Positions 45,540-54,136 of a stretch of DNA of 63,126 nt are shown here, one piece after another (the stretch's first letter is position 1; each line of letters begins with the position of its first letter). The notes under the pieces are model-generated. The model had not been told where the DNA came from and made no database searches. It saw only the letters and a list, made by a program, of their open reading frames with translations. The translations under genes were made by a program, and so were the position numbers. The stretch covers positions 1-63,126 of the forward strand of contig CAZOFS010000003.1 of NCBI GenBank assembly GCA_964579335.1, read 5' to 3'. This DNA comes from an uncultured Bdellovibrionales bacterium. Lineage in GTDB: Bacteria > Patescibacteriota > Minisyncoccia > Moranbacterales > UBA1568.

Positions 45540-45740
45540 ATGACTCTCGATGAAGCCTCTCGGAAAAAATTAGCTCAGGTAGACTACAAAGACGCCTATT
45601 TCCTACGTCGATTTCTCAATTCACAAGGGAAGATCTATCCACCCAAACGCTTTGGTTTGACTGCGCGCGAACAGCGTCACTTGGTCGAAGCGATTAAGCG
45701 TGCTCGTTACATGGCCCTTATTCCATATACGGTGAAATAA
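45540..45740 (+). CDS. rpsR: 30S ribosomal protein S18
   Basis: DYKDAYFLRRFLNSQGKIYPPKRFGLTAREQRHLVEAIKRARYMALIPY. Confidence 0.9.
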   Translation: MTLDEASRKKLAQVDYKDAYFLRRFLNSQGKIYPPKRFGLTAREQRHLVEAIKRARYMALIPYTVK

Positions 45741-45834
45741 TTTCTTGGCGACAAGAGACAAGCTACAGGCAATAAGAGAATTTCAATTACTTGCCTCCAT
45801 GTCACTTGTTACTTTTCGCTTGTCAACCCATCCT

Positions 45835-46392
45835 ATGTTGTCTCTTACCGAAATCAAAACGGGTAAAAAAATTCTCTGGCGAGATGAGCCACACCTTGTT
45901 TTAGAGTATCAACATTCCAAGACAGGGCCACAGCGGGCCGTTCTTCGAACCAAACTCAAAAACCTCATCAACGGGGCGATCATTGACTATACCTTCAAAG
46001 GAGCCGAATCAGCTGATGAGGCCGAGGTGACACGGGCCACGGCCCAGTACCTCTATCACACCGGTGACGAGTACTCATTCATGGATATGGAGAGTTATGA
46101 TCAGTTTACGCTTTCGCGGGATATCCTGGGTGACAATGCCAACTACCTCGTTGATGGGACCGAAGTAACACTCCTCAAATGGAATGAAACGCCGATCAAC
46201 GTCGAGCTTCCGATCAAAATGACTTTTCTCGTGACTGATGCGCCCCCAGGAATCAAGGGTGACACAGCTTCGGGCGGGGACAAAGTGGTGACACTCGAGA
46301 CTGGTCTTACAGTAACGACCCCACTCTTTGTGAAGACGGGAGACCGGATTATCGTCAATACTGAGAAGGGTGAATATGTCTCACGAGCCTAA
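45835..46392 (+). CDS. efp: Elongation factor P
   Basis: Start trimmed to ATG 45835 (MLSLTEIKTGKKILWRDEPHLVLEYQH). It has the KLKNL anchor and an EF-P C-terminal pattern. The loop reads SKTGPQRA. Confidence 0.85.
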   Translation: MLSLTEIKTGKKILWRDEPHLVLEYQHSKTGPQRAVLRTKLKNLINGAIIDYTFKGAESADEAEVTRATAQYLYHTGDEYSFMDMESYDQFTLSRDILGDNANYLVDGTEVTLLKWNETPINVELPIKMTFLVTDAPPGIKGDTASGGDKVVTLETGLTVTTPLFVKTGDRIIVNTEKGEYVSRA

Positions 46393-46408
46393 CCACTTCC
46401 TTCGGTTC

Positions 46409-46440
46409 AAAAGAGCCTAAAGCGGGCTCTTTTTGCTTTT
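46409..46440 (+). terminator. Rho-independent terminator after efp
   Basis: AGAGCC-TAAAGCG-GGCTCT followed by TTTTGCTTTT. Confidence 0.7.
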
Positions 46441-46525
46441 GTTAAGCCATAAATTCACTTGTCATGGATAGAAAAAGGGTGTACCATAGAGAAGAGGGTA
46501 GGCTTTATCTTATCACCCTTTTTCT

Positions 46526-46909
46526 ATGTACCTTCGTGCGACACGCATCATGAGTTGGCTAGTCTTCTCGGTCACTCTGGGACTCCTCAGTACTATCGTA
46601 GTAGCCATTGATCCCAATTCACTCAATCAACTCGGGATAGCGGCCGTTTTTGGGCTCTGTTTTCTTTTGATCACGAGTGTAGTGTTCTTGGGACTCCTCA
46701 GAGTAAGTGAACGTCTTCTAGGGAGAGACCGCACCCTAATCTATCGGTGGACGGCTTTACGCCAGAGCGTCTTACTTGCGTTTTTTTGTACCGTTCTCCT
46801 TGTGGCCCAGTACACCAGAGTACTGACTTGGTGGGGAGCGCTCCTTGGCCTGGCGCTCATACTCCTCATTGAGCTCACTGTTCGTCGATTCTCAACCTCC
46901 CAACGTTAA
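46526..46909 (+). CDS. Small four-TM membrane protein (hypothetical)
   Basis: Hydrophobic spans throughout. Its stop overlaps the gyrB start (TAATG). Confidence 0.55.
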   Translation: MYLRATRIMSWLVFSVTLGLLSTIVVAIDPNSLNQLGIAAVFGLCFLLITSVVFLGLLRVSERLLGRDRTLIYRWTALRQSVLLAFFCTVLLVAQYTRVLTWWGALLGLALILLIELTVRRFSTSQR

Positions 46910-48990
46910 TGCATTCCAAGTCTATGGCAGAGAAAACTGATAACAAGAAAGATCAATACGGCGCCCATTCCATTCAGGTGTTGGAGGGGCTCGACCCAGT
47001 GCGTAAGCGCCCGGGTATGTATATCGGCGGCACATCGACCGAAGGACTGCATCACCTTATTTGGGAAGTGGTCAACAATTCGATCGATGAGGCCATGGCT
47101 GGTTATTGTACCGATATCGTCGTACGTCTCCTTCCTGATAATTGGGTAGAGGTGATCGACAATGGTCGTGGTATTCCGGTTGATATCCACCCACAGACCA
47201 AGAAATCAACTCTCGAAACCGTATTGACCGTGCTCCATGCTGGAGGTAAGTTTGGTGGCGATGGTTACAAAATTTCTGGTGGTCTCCACGGTGTCGGTGT
47301 CTCGGTCGTCAATGCACTCTCTGTTCATACCAAGGTGACGGTCGAGCGTCAGGGCAAGGTGTGGCTTCAGGAATACAAGCGCGGTAAACCACAGGCCAAT
47401 GTGAAGCCAATTGGAAAATCAGATAAAACTGGAACTACCGTAGCTTTTCAAGCTGATCCAGAAATTTTTCCCGAGATTACCTATAGCTGGAGCAAGATTC
47501 TTGAGTACCTCCGCTTCCAGGCCTTCCTTACCAAGGGCGTTCGCATTACTTGTGAAGATAGAAGGTTAGTCACGAGTCCTACCGAGGAGCACAAGACAGT
47601 GCGTCACGGCTTTTACTTTGATTCAGGGATTATTTCCTTTGTGAAGTTTCTTAATCGAGGGAAAGAAGTCAAGAACCAGATGCCGTTTTATGTTGAAAAG
47701 ACGGTGGATGGTGTGTACGTTGAGGCGTCGCTTCAGTACACAGATGGTTTCAAGGAACATCTGTTTGCTTTTGCTAACAATATCGTGAACCCAGGTGGCG
47801 GCACCCATGTGACAGGACTCAAGATGGCTCTTACTCGTGTCCTCAATGACTATGCCAAGAAAGGTAATCTCATCAAAGACAAAGAAGGTGCTTTTACCGC
47901 TGATGACTTGCGCGAAGGACTGACGGCGGTTGTCTCGGTCAAATTGGCCAATCCGCAATTCGAAGGTCAGACCAAGGACAAACTCAATAACTCTGAAGTG
48001 CGCGGTATCGTACAGACGGTGGTGTTTGAGGCGTTTACTGACTATCTCGAACAGCACCCCAACAATGCCAAGGGGATCATCGAAAAATGTCTGCTCACCG
48101 TCCGCGCTCGCATCGCAGCTCGGGCTGCCAAAGACGCAGTAATTCGGAAAGGCGCTCTCGAGGGTATGACCCTTCCGGGGAAACTGGCCGACTGCTCAAG
48201 TAAAGATGCTTCGCGTTCCGAACTCTATATCGTTGAGGGAGACTCTGCCGGTGGCTCAGCCAAACAAGGCCGCAACCGTGAGTTTCAGGCGATTTTGCCG
48301 CTTCGAGGGAAGCTCGTCAATGTTGAGAAGACTTCGCTCGATAAGGTAGTGAAGTCCGATACTCTAAAACCGATCATCATCGCACTTGGGGTAGGGATCG
48401 GGGAGACATTTGATATCTCGCGCCTCCGCTATCACAAGATCATCATCATGGCCGACGCCGACGTCGATGGTTCACATATCCGTACGCTCCTCCTCACCTT
48501 CTTTTATCGCTATTTCGAGGAATTGGTACGTGGTGGACATATCTATATCGCTCAACCACCTCTCTATCGTCTCCAGAAAGGCAAGACCGTACGTTATGTG
48601 TATAACGAGGAAGAAAAAGTACGCGTAATCGAAGAAATGAAAAGTTTGGCTGAGGCAACCAAAACTGCCAAGGCGAAAGCCAAAGCTGAAGAAGTCATAG
48701 AAAAAAAATCTGACGAAGCGGCGCCGCTCGTCGAAGGTGAGGCTCCAAGTGAGGGAACTGAAACCGTCGCAGGTATCAATATCCAACGCTACAAAGGTTT
48801 GGGAGAGATGAACCCAGATCAGCTCTGGGGGACTACTATGGATCCCGATAACCGTGTCATGCTTCAAGTCAATATCGATGATGCTGAGGAGGCTGATCGA
48901 TTGTTTGATGTTCTGATGGGGAACGAAGTCGAACCACGTCGCCGTTTCATTCAAACTCACGCCAAGAGCGTCCAGAATCTGGATGTGTAG
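46909..48990 (+). CDS. gyrB: DNA gyrase subunit B
   Basis: IQVLEGLDPVRKRPGMYIG, HAGGKFGG, the Toprim motifs EGDSAGG and IMADADVDGSHI, and the C-terminal QRYKGLGEMNP. Confidence 0.96.
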   Translation: MHSKSMAEKTDNKKDQYGAHSIQVLEGLDPVRKRPGMYIGGTSTEGLHHLIWEVVNNSIDEAMAGYCTDIVVRLLPDNWVEVIDNGRGIPVDIHPQTKKSTLETVLTVLHAGGKFGGDGYKISGGLHGVGVSVVNALSVHTKVTVERQGKVWLQEYKRGKPQANVKPIGKSDKTGTTVAFQADPEIFPEITYSWSKILEYLRFQAFLTKGVRITCEDRRLVTSPTEEHKTVRHGFYFDSGIISFVKFLNRGKEVKNQMPFYVEKTVDGVYVEASLQYTDGFKEHLFAFANNIVNPGGGTHVTGLKMALTRVLNDYAKKGNLIKDKEGAFTADDLREGLTAVVSVKLANPQFEGQTKDKLNNSEVRGIVQTVVFEAFTDYLEQHPNNAKGIIEKCLLTVRARIAARAAKDAVIRKGALEGMTLPGKLADCSSKDASRSELYIVEGDSAGGSAKQGRNREFQAILPLRGKLVNVEKTSLDKVVKSDTLKPIIIALGVGIGETFDISRLRYHKIIIMADADVDGSHIRTLLLTFFYRYFEELVRGGHIYIAQPPLYRLQKGKTVRYVYNEEEKVRVIEEMKSLAEATKTAKAKAKAEEVIEKKSDEAAPLVEGEAPSEGTETVAGINIQRYKGLGEMNPDQLWGTTMDPDNRVMLQVNIDDAEEADRLFDVLMGNEVEPRRRFIQTHAKSVQNLDV

Positions 48991-49097
48991 ATTTGACGCA
49001 CGCAGGGATTTTTACTATAACTCAATGGTCCTTTGATTTCAGTGGATGACCTAGTGGGGTCAATCCTGTCTACAACTATTGCTGTGAGGAGAAAGTC

Positions 49098-49724
49098 TTG
49101 AGTCAACTTCACTTCGTCAGTGAGTTACGGCTGGATGGGACTCATGAGGGTCAAACAATCCTGGTCCGCACCGGCGTGCCACAGGCAGTCACATGCTACC
49201 GCGCCCTGGTGGTAAGTTCAGGAGTGAGCGAGGCACTTGTCGTTTTGCGCAATACGAGTCGTCGAGTAGGATCTGAACCACAACTCGCCTTCTTTCTGGG
49301 TAGTACTAATGGGAAGGATGAATTCTGTCCACATCACATCACATCGGGGATGAGTCTTGGTTTTGAGACAGAACATGAGCGACTGATCACCTCTCGAGTG
49401 ATCCCAGGCGGCATTTGTCTTGTGCCCCAAGTCGCAGTGACTGACCGGGATCAGATGATCCTTGCGGCAACGAGACAGCTTGTGCTTGACCCGCACCTGT
49501 CCGAGTATGGGGTTTTGTCAAGCGAACTGGACGGTTGTACTCCGCTCGAAAGGATGCAGATCATCAGTACTCTTTCGGGCCTCCCAAAGGAGTATCGTCG
49601 AGATGCTGCTAGGGTCATCATGGCTGCACAGCGCTCAGGGGATCGACATTCGTTCTTTGGGGCACTCTCTCGACATAACGTCCTCAGCCGTCTTCATCGT
49701 ATAGCTGAAGGGGATGAGGGGTGA
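49098..49724 (+). CDS. Hypothetical protein (orphan-looking)
   Basis: TTG start preceded by GAGGAGA at appropriate spacing, with its own terminator. No recognisable motif. Confidence 0.5.
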   Translation: MSQLHFVSELRLDGTHEGQTILVRTGVPQAVTCYRALVVSSGVSEALVVLRNTSRRVGSEPQLAFFLGSTNGKDEFCPHHITSGMSLGFETEHERLITSRVIPGGICLVPQVAVTDRDQMILAATRQLVLDPHLSEYGVLSSELDGCTPLERMQIISTLSGLPKEYRRDAARVIMAAQRSGDRHSFFGALSRHNVLSRLHRIAEGDEG

Positions 49725-49729
49725 GCCAA

Positions 49730-49769
49730 GCCGTACTCAGGGACTTCCCAGGGTACGGCATGATTTTTT
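49730..49769 (+). terminator. Rho-independent terminator
   Basis: GCCGTAC...GTACGGC stem followed by ATGATTTTTT. Confidence 0.65.
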
Positions 49770-49957
49770 CTTACTCCTGTTGGAGAGAAATTGTCGCAAG
49801 CGACTGAGGGTGTGTTAGAAGCGTAGCGGTCTCTAATGGGGTTGACCAACATATCTTTTCTTGATACACTAGCGCTACTCAAAAATCCCTTGAGATAGGG
49901 CTTTTGGGAGTGAGATAGGTACTTGGTTACTCCTCGGAGTGGCTCATCAACAGCCAA

Positions 49958-49986
49958 TTGTTCTTAGTGGTCTAACGAGGTACAAT
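49958..49986 (+). promoter_or_regulatory. Candidate sigma70-type promoter (TTGTTC-17-TACAAT)
   Basis: -35 at 49958-49963 and -10 TACAAT at 49981-49986, 20 nt before the GTG at 50006. A second candidate, TTGACC-17-TACACT, lies at 49842-49870. Confidence 0.4.
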
Positions 49987-50005
49987 CTCTATAAGTACTA
50001 CCAAC

Positions 50006-50332
50006 GTGAAACCTTCTCTCGACAATCTGAAGTCGCTCGTTCACTGTCCGGTGTGCAACAAAGAATACCGGCCAGCCAAAATGCTACTCCTCAATCAAGA
50101 GGACAAGCGGACGACCCTTCATATTACCTGCGAATCATGTCACACTTCGAGTCTAGTCTATGTCTCGATGTCGCCGGTGGGGGTAGTCTCGATGGGTGTA
50201 CTTACCGATCTCGAGCAATCTGAAGCTAAGCGTTTTTTCACAGGTAAGCCATTGTCAGAGGACGATGTGCTCGAGGTGCATCATCTCCTCAAGCAAGCTA
50301 AAGGCAAGGCTGATGTGCTGATCGGTTCCTAA
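50006..50332 (+). CDS. Small zinc-ribbon protein (CPVC...CESC)
   Basis: HCPVCNKEYRPAKMLLLNQEDKRTTLHITCESCH gives a CxxC-x24-CxxC arrangement. GTG start, no obvious SD. Confidence 0.45.
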   Translation: MKPSLDNLKSLVHCPVCNKEYRPAKMLLLNQEDKRTTLHITCESCHTSSLVYVSMSPVGVVSMGVLTDLEQSEAKRFFTGKPLSEDDVLEVHHLLKQAKGKADVLIGS

Positions 50333-50373
50333 AAGATATATTGCAATTTTGATTTTTAATTTTTGATTTACGT

Positions 50374-51072
50374 ATGACGACTACACTCAAACTTACCGTT
50401 ACTCCTCGCACTGAAACTGGCAAAGCCGTGGCACAGTTGCGCGACAATGGATTTATCCCAGCTGTTCTCTATGGTCGCGAAGTGGAACCGATGGCTCTGT
50501 CGATCAACTATCTCGATTTTGCCCGTGCCTATAAAGCCGCTGGTGAAAGTACGTTGATCGAAATTGCTCCCGAAGGAAAGAAGCCCGTCAACGTGCTGAT
50601 CCACGATGTAGCCGTCCATCCGCTTACTGGCCGTTTCGTCCATATCGATTTCTATCAGGTCAACATGAAAGAGGAGATCGAAACCGATGTACCACTCGAG
50701 TTTGTGGGTGAATCCGAAGCCGTCAAAGCGCTCTCAGGTATCCTCGTCCGCTCGCTCGAAGCAGTGAAAATCAAGTGTCTTCCGAGCAATCTCCCACACG
50801 CGCTCGAGGTTGACCTTTCCAAACTCGCAACGTTTGATGATGCCATCAAGATCGCAGATATCAAGCTTCCTCAGGGTGTCGTCATGCTCGATGATATTGA
50901 AACGGTGATAGCGACAGTCGCTGCGCCGCGTACCGAAGCCGAGATGGATGCGCTCAATGAGAAGGTTGAAATGGATGTGACCAAAGTCGAAGGTGTCGTC
51001 AAAGAAACTCCTGAAGGCGCTCCGGCCGAAGGTACTGACAAATCTGAAGCCAAGAAAGAAGAGAAGAAATAG
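50374..51072 (+). CDS. rplY: 50S ribosomal protein L25 (long Ctc form)
   Basis: LKLTVTPRTETGKAVAQLRDNGFIPAVLYG, with an acidic C-terminal tail. Confidence 0.88.
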   Translation: MTTTLKLTVTPRTETGKAVAQLRDNGFIPAVLYGREVEPMALSINYLDFARAYKAAGESTLIEIAPEGKKPVNVLIHDVAVHPLTGRFVHIDFYQVNMKEEIETDVPLEFVGESEAVKALSGILVRSLEAVKIKCLPSNLPHALEVDLSKLATFDDAIKIADIKLPQGVVMLDDIETVIATVAAPRTEAEMDALNEKVEMDVTKVEGVVKETPEGAPAEGTDKSEAKKEEKK

Positions 51073-51107
51073 GGAGTGGTATCGAGAGTGTGGAATAATG
51101 AGTCGTA

Positions 51108-51133
51108 GAAAACCCCGGGAAGCCGGGGTTTTT
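51108..51133. terminator. Bidirectional rho-independent terminator (rplY / pth)
   Basis: AGAAAA-CCCCGG-GAAG-CCGGGG-TTTTT between convergent genes. Confidence 0.8.
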
Positions 51134-51176
51134 AGTATCTCCTCTTGTAGACTTCTTTTTTAGAAGAGAAAGGAAA

Positions 51177-51764
51177 TTAGAGCCAAGCTTTGAGGAGGGT
51201 TTCAGATTCCTTAAACATGGTTGAGAGTTTGGATTGTTCGTCTGAGGTGAAGGGGGCGAGGACATGATCGCTGACGGAGATATTGGGATTATTCCCTTTG
51301 CCCACGCCGAGACGGACACGACGGAAGTCCTGGGTGCCGAGATGTTCGATGATATCCTTGACGCCATTGTGACCAGCGGCGCGCGATGAGAGGGTCGTTT
51401 TGATGCTGCCAAACGGGATATCGACTTCGTCATGGAGGACGATTGTGGCGGCGGGCGTGGCTTTGTAAAAGCTCATGAGCGACTGGACACTTGCGCCGGA
51501 GTGATTCATAAAGGTCATTGGTTTGACGAGTACTATCTTTCTTCCTTGATAGGCTGCCTCGCTTATTTCAGCCTGAAATTTTTTCTCGAGTCGCCATTCA
51601 CTTCCACTCCAGGATTGTTGGAGGTGTTCAAGAGCGAGGAAGCCGAGGTTGTGACGAGTATTGGCATACTTTTTCCCGGGATTACCGAGACCGATGATAA
51701 AGAGAGGTGGTAGTGAGTTGGTTACCGTCTTTTTCGGAGTGAAGAGTTGTGAGAAGAAATTCAT
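51177..51764 (-). CDS. pth: Peptidyl-tRNA hydrolase
   Basis: LFIIGLGNPGKKYANTRHNLGF and GHNGVKDI. Confidence 0.92.
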   Translation of the reverse strand: MNFFSQLFTPKKTVTNSLPPLFIIGLGNPGKKYANTRHNLGFLALEHLQQSWSGSEWRLEKKFQAEISEAAYQGRKIVLVKPMTFMNHSGASVQSLMSFYKATPAATIVLHDEVDIPFGSIKTTLSSRAAGHNGVKDIIEHLGTQDFRRVRLGVGKGNNPNISVSDHVLAPFTSDEQSKLSTMFKESETLLKAWL

Positions 51765-51872
51765 AGCATTATTTCATGGAGCGTAAAACAGAGAACATGG
51801 AACAAGAGTAGGGTAGAAGTGAGCGAAAGTTATGGGGTATTCATTTATGTCCTACGCTTCATGCTACAAGAT

Positions 51873-53354
51873 TTATGATTCAGGAAAGTCCCCCATATCC
51901 TCGGGTGGTATTTCGTGAATGAGGCCAGGGATGGTATCACGTGTGTAGAGAAGAATGAGGTCAGCTGCTGGGAAAGACTGAGGTAGAGTGAAGGGGAGGG
52001 TATCCTCTCGTCTGAGATCGTAGCGCCCGATAAGACTATCGAGCGTATAGAGTTTGCGTGTGGCACTGCTCCTTTCGATGATAGCGCTCCCTGTGACATT
52101 TTCCAAACCTCGGAATGTTTTGATACTTACGTTGGCTACTGGGAACGTATCGCGAATGTCACTGGCTAAATCATTGGCGACAGTGAGGCGAGTTTCGGGC
52201 GCGATGATAAGGAGAGTGACTGCCTCCTTTTCGATTTCCTTCTGGCGAGCCTGGAGCGTCTCGATGTCAAAAATATTTTTGGCCAGTGTTTGTACTTCGT
52301 TCCAGGTACCACTTCTTGGTATGAGAGCAAAAGCTCGACCACTACTTGATTCGATATGTGTGACGCGGAGCAAGCTTTCTTTCTTCCAGGCATCGACGAC
52401 CACGCTGGTGAGAGCATGCGTATCGATGGTATCAGCGAGCGCGAGGAGGGCGTGGGCCTCTTCGGGAGAGATATCGGTGTCGACGCTTTCACCCAGGCTT
52501 TCGAGGAGGCGGGTGAGTGTGAGTGGATTCAAGAACGTCGGGAGCGACCAAGCTCGGTCACGCACCGCCTCGAGGATTTGCTGCTGGCGCTTGGCCCGGC
52601 CAAAGTCGCCTTCGGGATCACCATGACGGCTGCGAGCATATTTGAGAGCAGTTTTTCCATCGAGTTTTTGCCAACCCTTTTGGATGGTAAAGGTTTCATA
52701 GCTGTAGTTTGGTCCAGGGTAGCGGGTGTCGCGAATATCGCGGACCACATCGATCGTGATACCACCGAGGGCATCGATCACACGTTCGAAACCATCAAAA
52801 TCAATGCTGGTGAAGTAGTGGATAGGGAGACCGGTAATGGTGGAGACGCTTTTCCTAATGAGCTCGCCTCCTTCTCCGCTTGAGCGGCCGTATTGATAGA
52901 GGGTATTGAGTTTGACAGTCGCAGTGGTATCGGGGAGGGGTACGAGGAGGTCGCGTGGAAAGGAGAGTAGGGCTACCTTTCTCTCTCGAGTATTAACAGA
53001 GAGGAGCATGACAGTATCGGTGAGGTGTTTCCCAGGTTTGCCTTCACCAGCCCGGCCGAGAAGGAGGATATTGATGCGGCCATCCTCATACCCAGCGAGA
53101 TCCTGGGGTGAAGCCAAGAGTCCTTGCCCGATGAGGCGCATGCCTTCAAAGAAAGAAATGGGGGTGTTTTCAAACTGTAAGTCCTGCGTAAAGCGGGTGC
53201 CAAGTACGAGGGTGATACCGAGCGCTACAAGCACTACACTGCCAAGTACCAAGAGGAGTGAGTGGCGGAGAAGTGAGGGGCGTTTGGTTGTGGGGATCAC
53301 ATGAGGAGGAGTGAGCTCGGTACTTCCCAGAGAAAAGCGATTGGGTGGGTTCAT
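51873..53354 (-). CDS. LCP (LytR-CpsA-Psr) family cell-envelope protein with a C-terminal LytR_C-like domain
   Basis: N-terminal TM span, then INILLLGRAGEGKPGKHLTDTVMLLSVNTRERKVALLSFPRDL and ALKYARSRHGDPEGDFGRAKRQQ. Confidence 0.8.
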   Translation of the reverse strand: MNPPNRFSLGSTELTPPHVIPTTKRPSLLRHSLLLVLGSVVLVALGITLVLGTRFTQDLQFENTPISFFEGMRLIGQGLLASPQDLAGYEDGRINILLLGRAGEGKPGKHLTDTVMLLSVNTRERKVALLSFPRDLLVPLPDTTATVKLNTLYQYGRSSGEGGELIRKSVSTITGLPIHYFTSIDFDGFERVIDALGGITIDVVRDIRDTRYPGPNYSYETFTIQKGWQKLDGKTALKYARSRHGDPEGDFGRAKRQQQILEAVRDRAWSLPTFLNPLTLTRLLESLGESVDTDISPEEAHALLALADTIDTHALTSVVVDAWKKESLLRVTHIESSSGRAFALIPRSGTWNEVQTLAKNIFDIETLQARQKEIEKEAVTLLIIAPETRLTVANDLASDIRDTFPVANVSIKTFRGLENVTGSAIIERSSATRKLYTLDSLIGRYDLRREDTLPFTLPQSFPAADLILLYTRDTIPGLIHEIPPEDMGDFPES

Positions 53355-53467
53355 GCGGAAGAGAAATGACGGGTTATGGTGAGAAAAGGCTTATTTGAGG
53401 CCAAAGTTTGCTCTTGATTAGCACTCTTTTTCGTGGTACACTGGGGGGGATTTGTTCTCTCGTACGC

Positions 53468-54100
53468 ATGTCCAACCACATATCCCAGAATAGAGAGTCG
53501 GTGGTCACCGGCCCAGATAGCGAAGAATACCTCTCACTCGGGGCACTCTTGCTTGAGATGGTCAAAGTGATTGCTTTGGCTATCGTTATCATTATACCCA
53601 TTCGGGTCTTTCTCTTCCAACCATTCTTTGTGCAAGGAGCATCGATGGAGCCCAATTTCCATGATGGTCAGTATCTCATTATTAATGAGTTTGGTTACAA
53701 ACATACTGATATTCCAGGTGTGGGAGCGGTCAAGCAGTTTCGTGAACTTGAGCGCCAAGAGCCAATCGTTTTCCGTTATCCCAAAAATCCCGAGCAATTC
53801 TATATCAAACGCATTATCGGTCTCCCTGGTGAGTCAGTAGCGATCAAAGATGGTCTAGTGTACATCTTCAATAACGTGCATCATGAGGGTTACGTACTCG
53901 ATGAAAGCGCCTACCTCGGCGAGGGAGTAAAAACGAGTGACATGCCAAAACTCACGCTCAGTGAAGATGAATACTTCGTAATGGGGGACAACCGATCCTT
54001 TAGCTACGACTCGCGAGCCTTTGGACCAATACACAAAAAAGATTTGATCGGCCGAGTACTTCTCCGAGCTTGGCCACTCTCGACTATTACTCTCTACTAA
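53468..54100 (+). CDS. lepB: Signal peptidase I
   Basis: GASMEPNF (Ser box), YIKRIIGLPGE (Lys box) and GDNRSFSYDSR. Start trimmed to ATG 53468. Confidence 0.9.
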   Translation: MSNHISQNRESVVTGPDSEEYLSLGALLLEMVKVIALAIVIIIPIRVFLFQPFFVQGASMEPNFHDGQYLIINEFGYKHTDIPGVGAVKQFRELERQEPIVFRYPKNPEQFYIKRIIGLPGESVAIKDGLVYIFNNVHHEGYVLDESAYLGEGVKTSDMPKLTLSEDEYFVMGDNRSFSYDSRAFGPIHKKDLIGRVLLRAWPLSTITLY

Positions 54101-54136
54101 TCAAGTATCTGCACGTAATTTATTTTTACTACCGTT

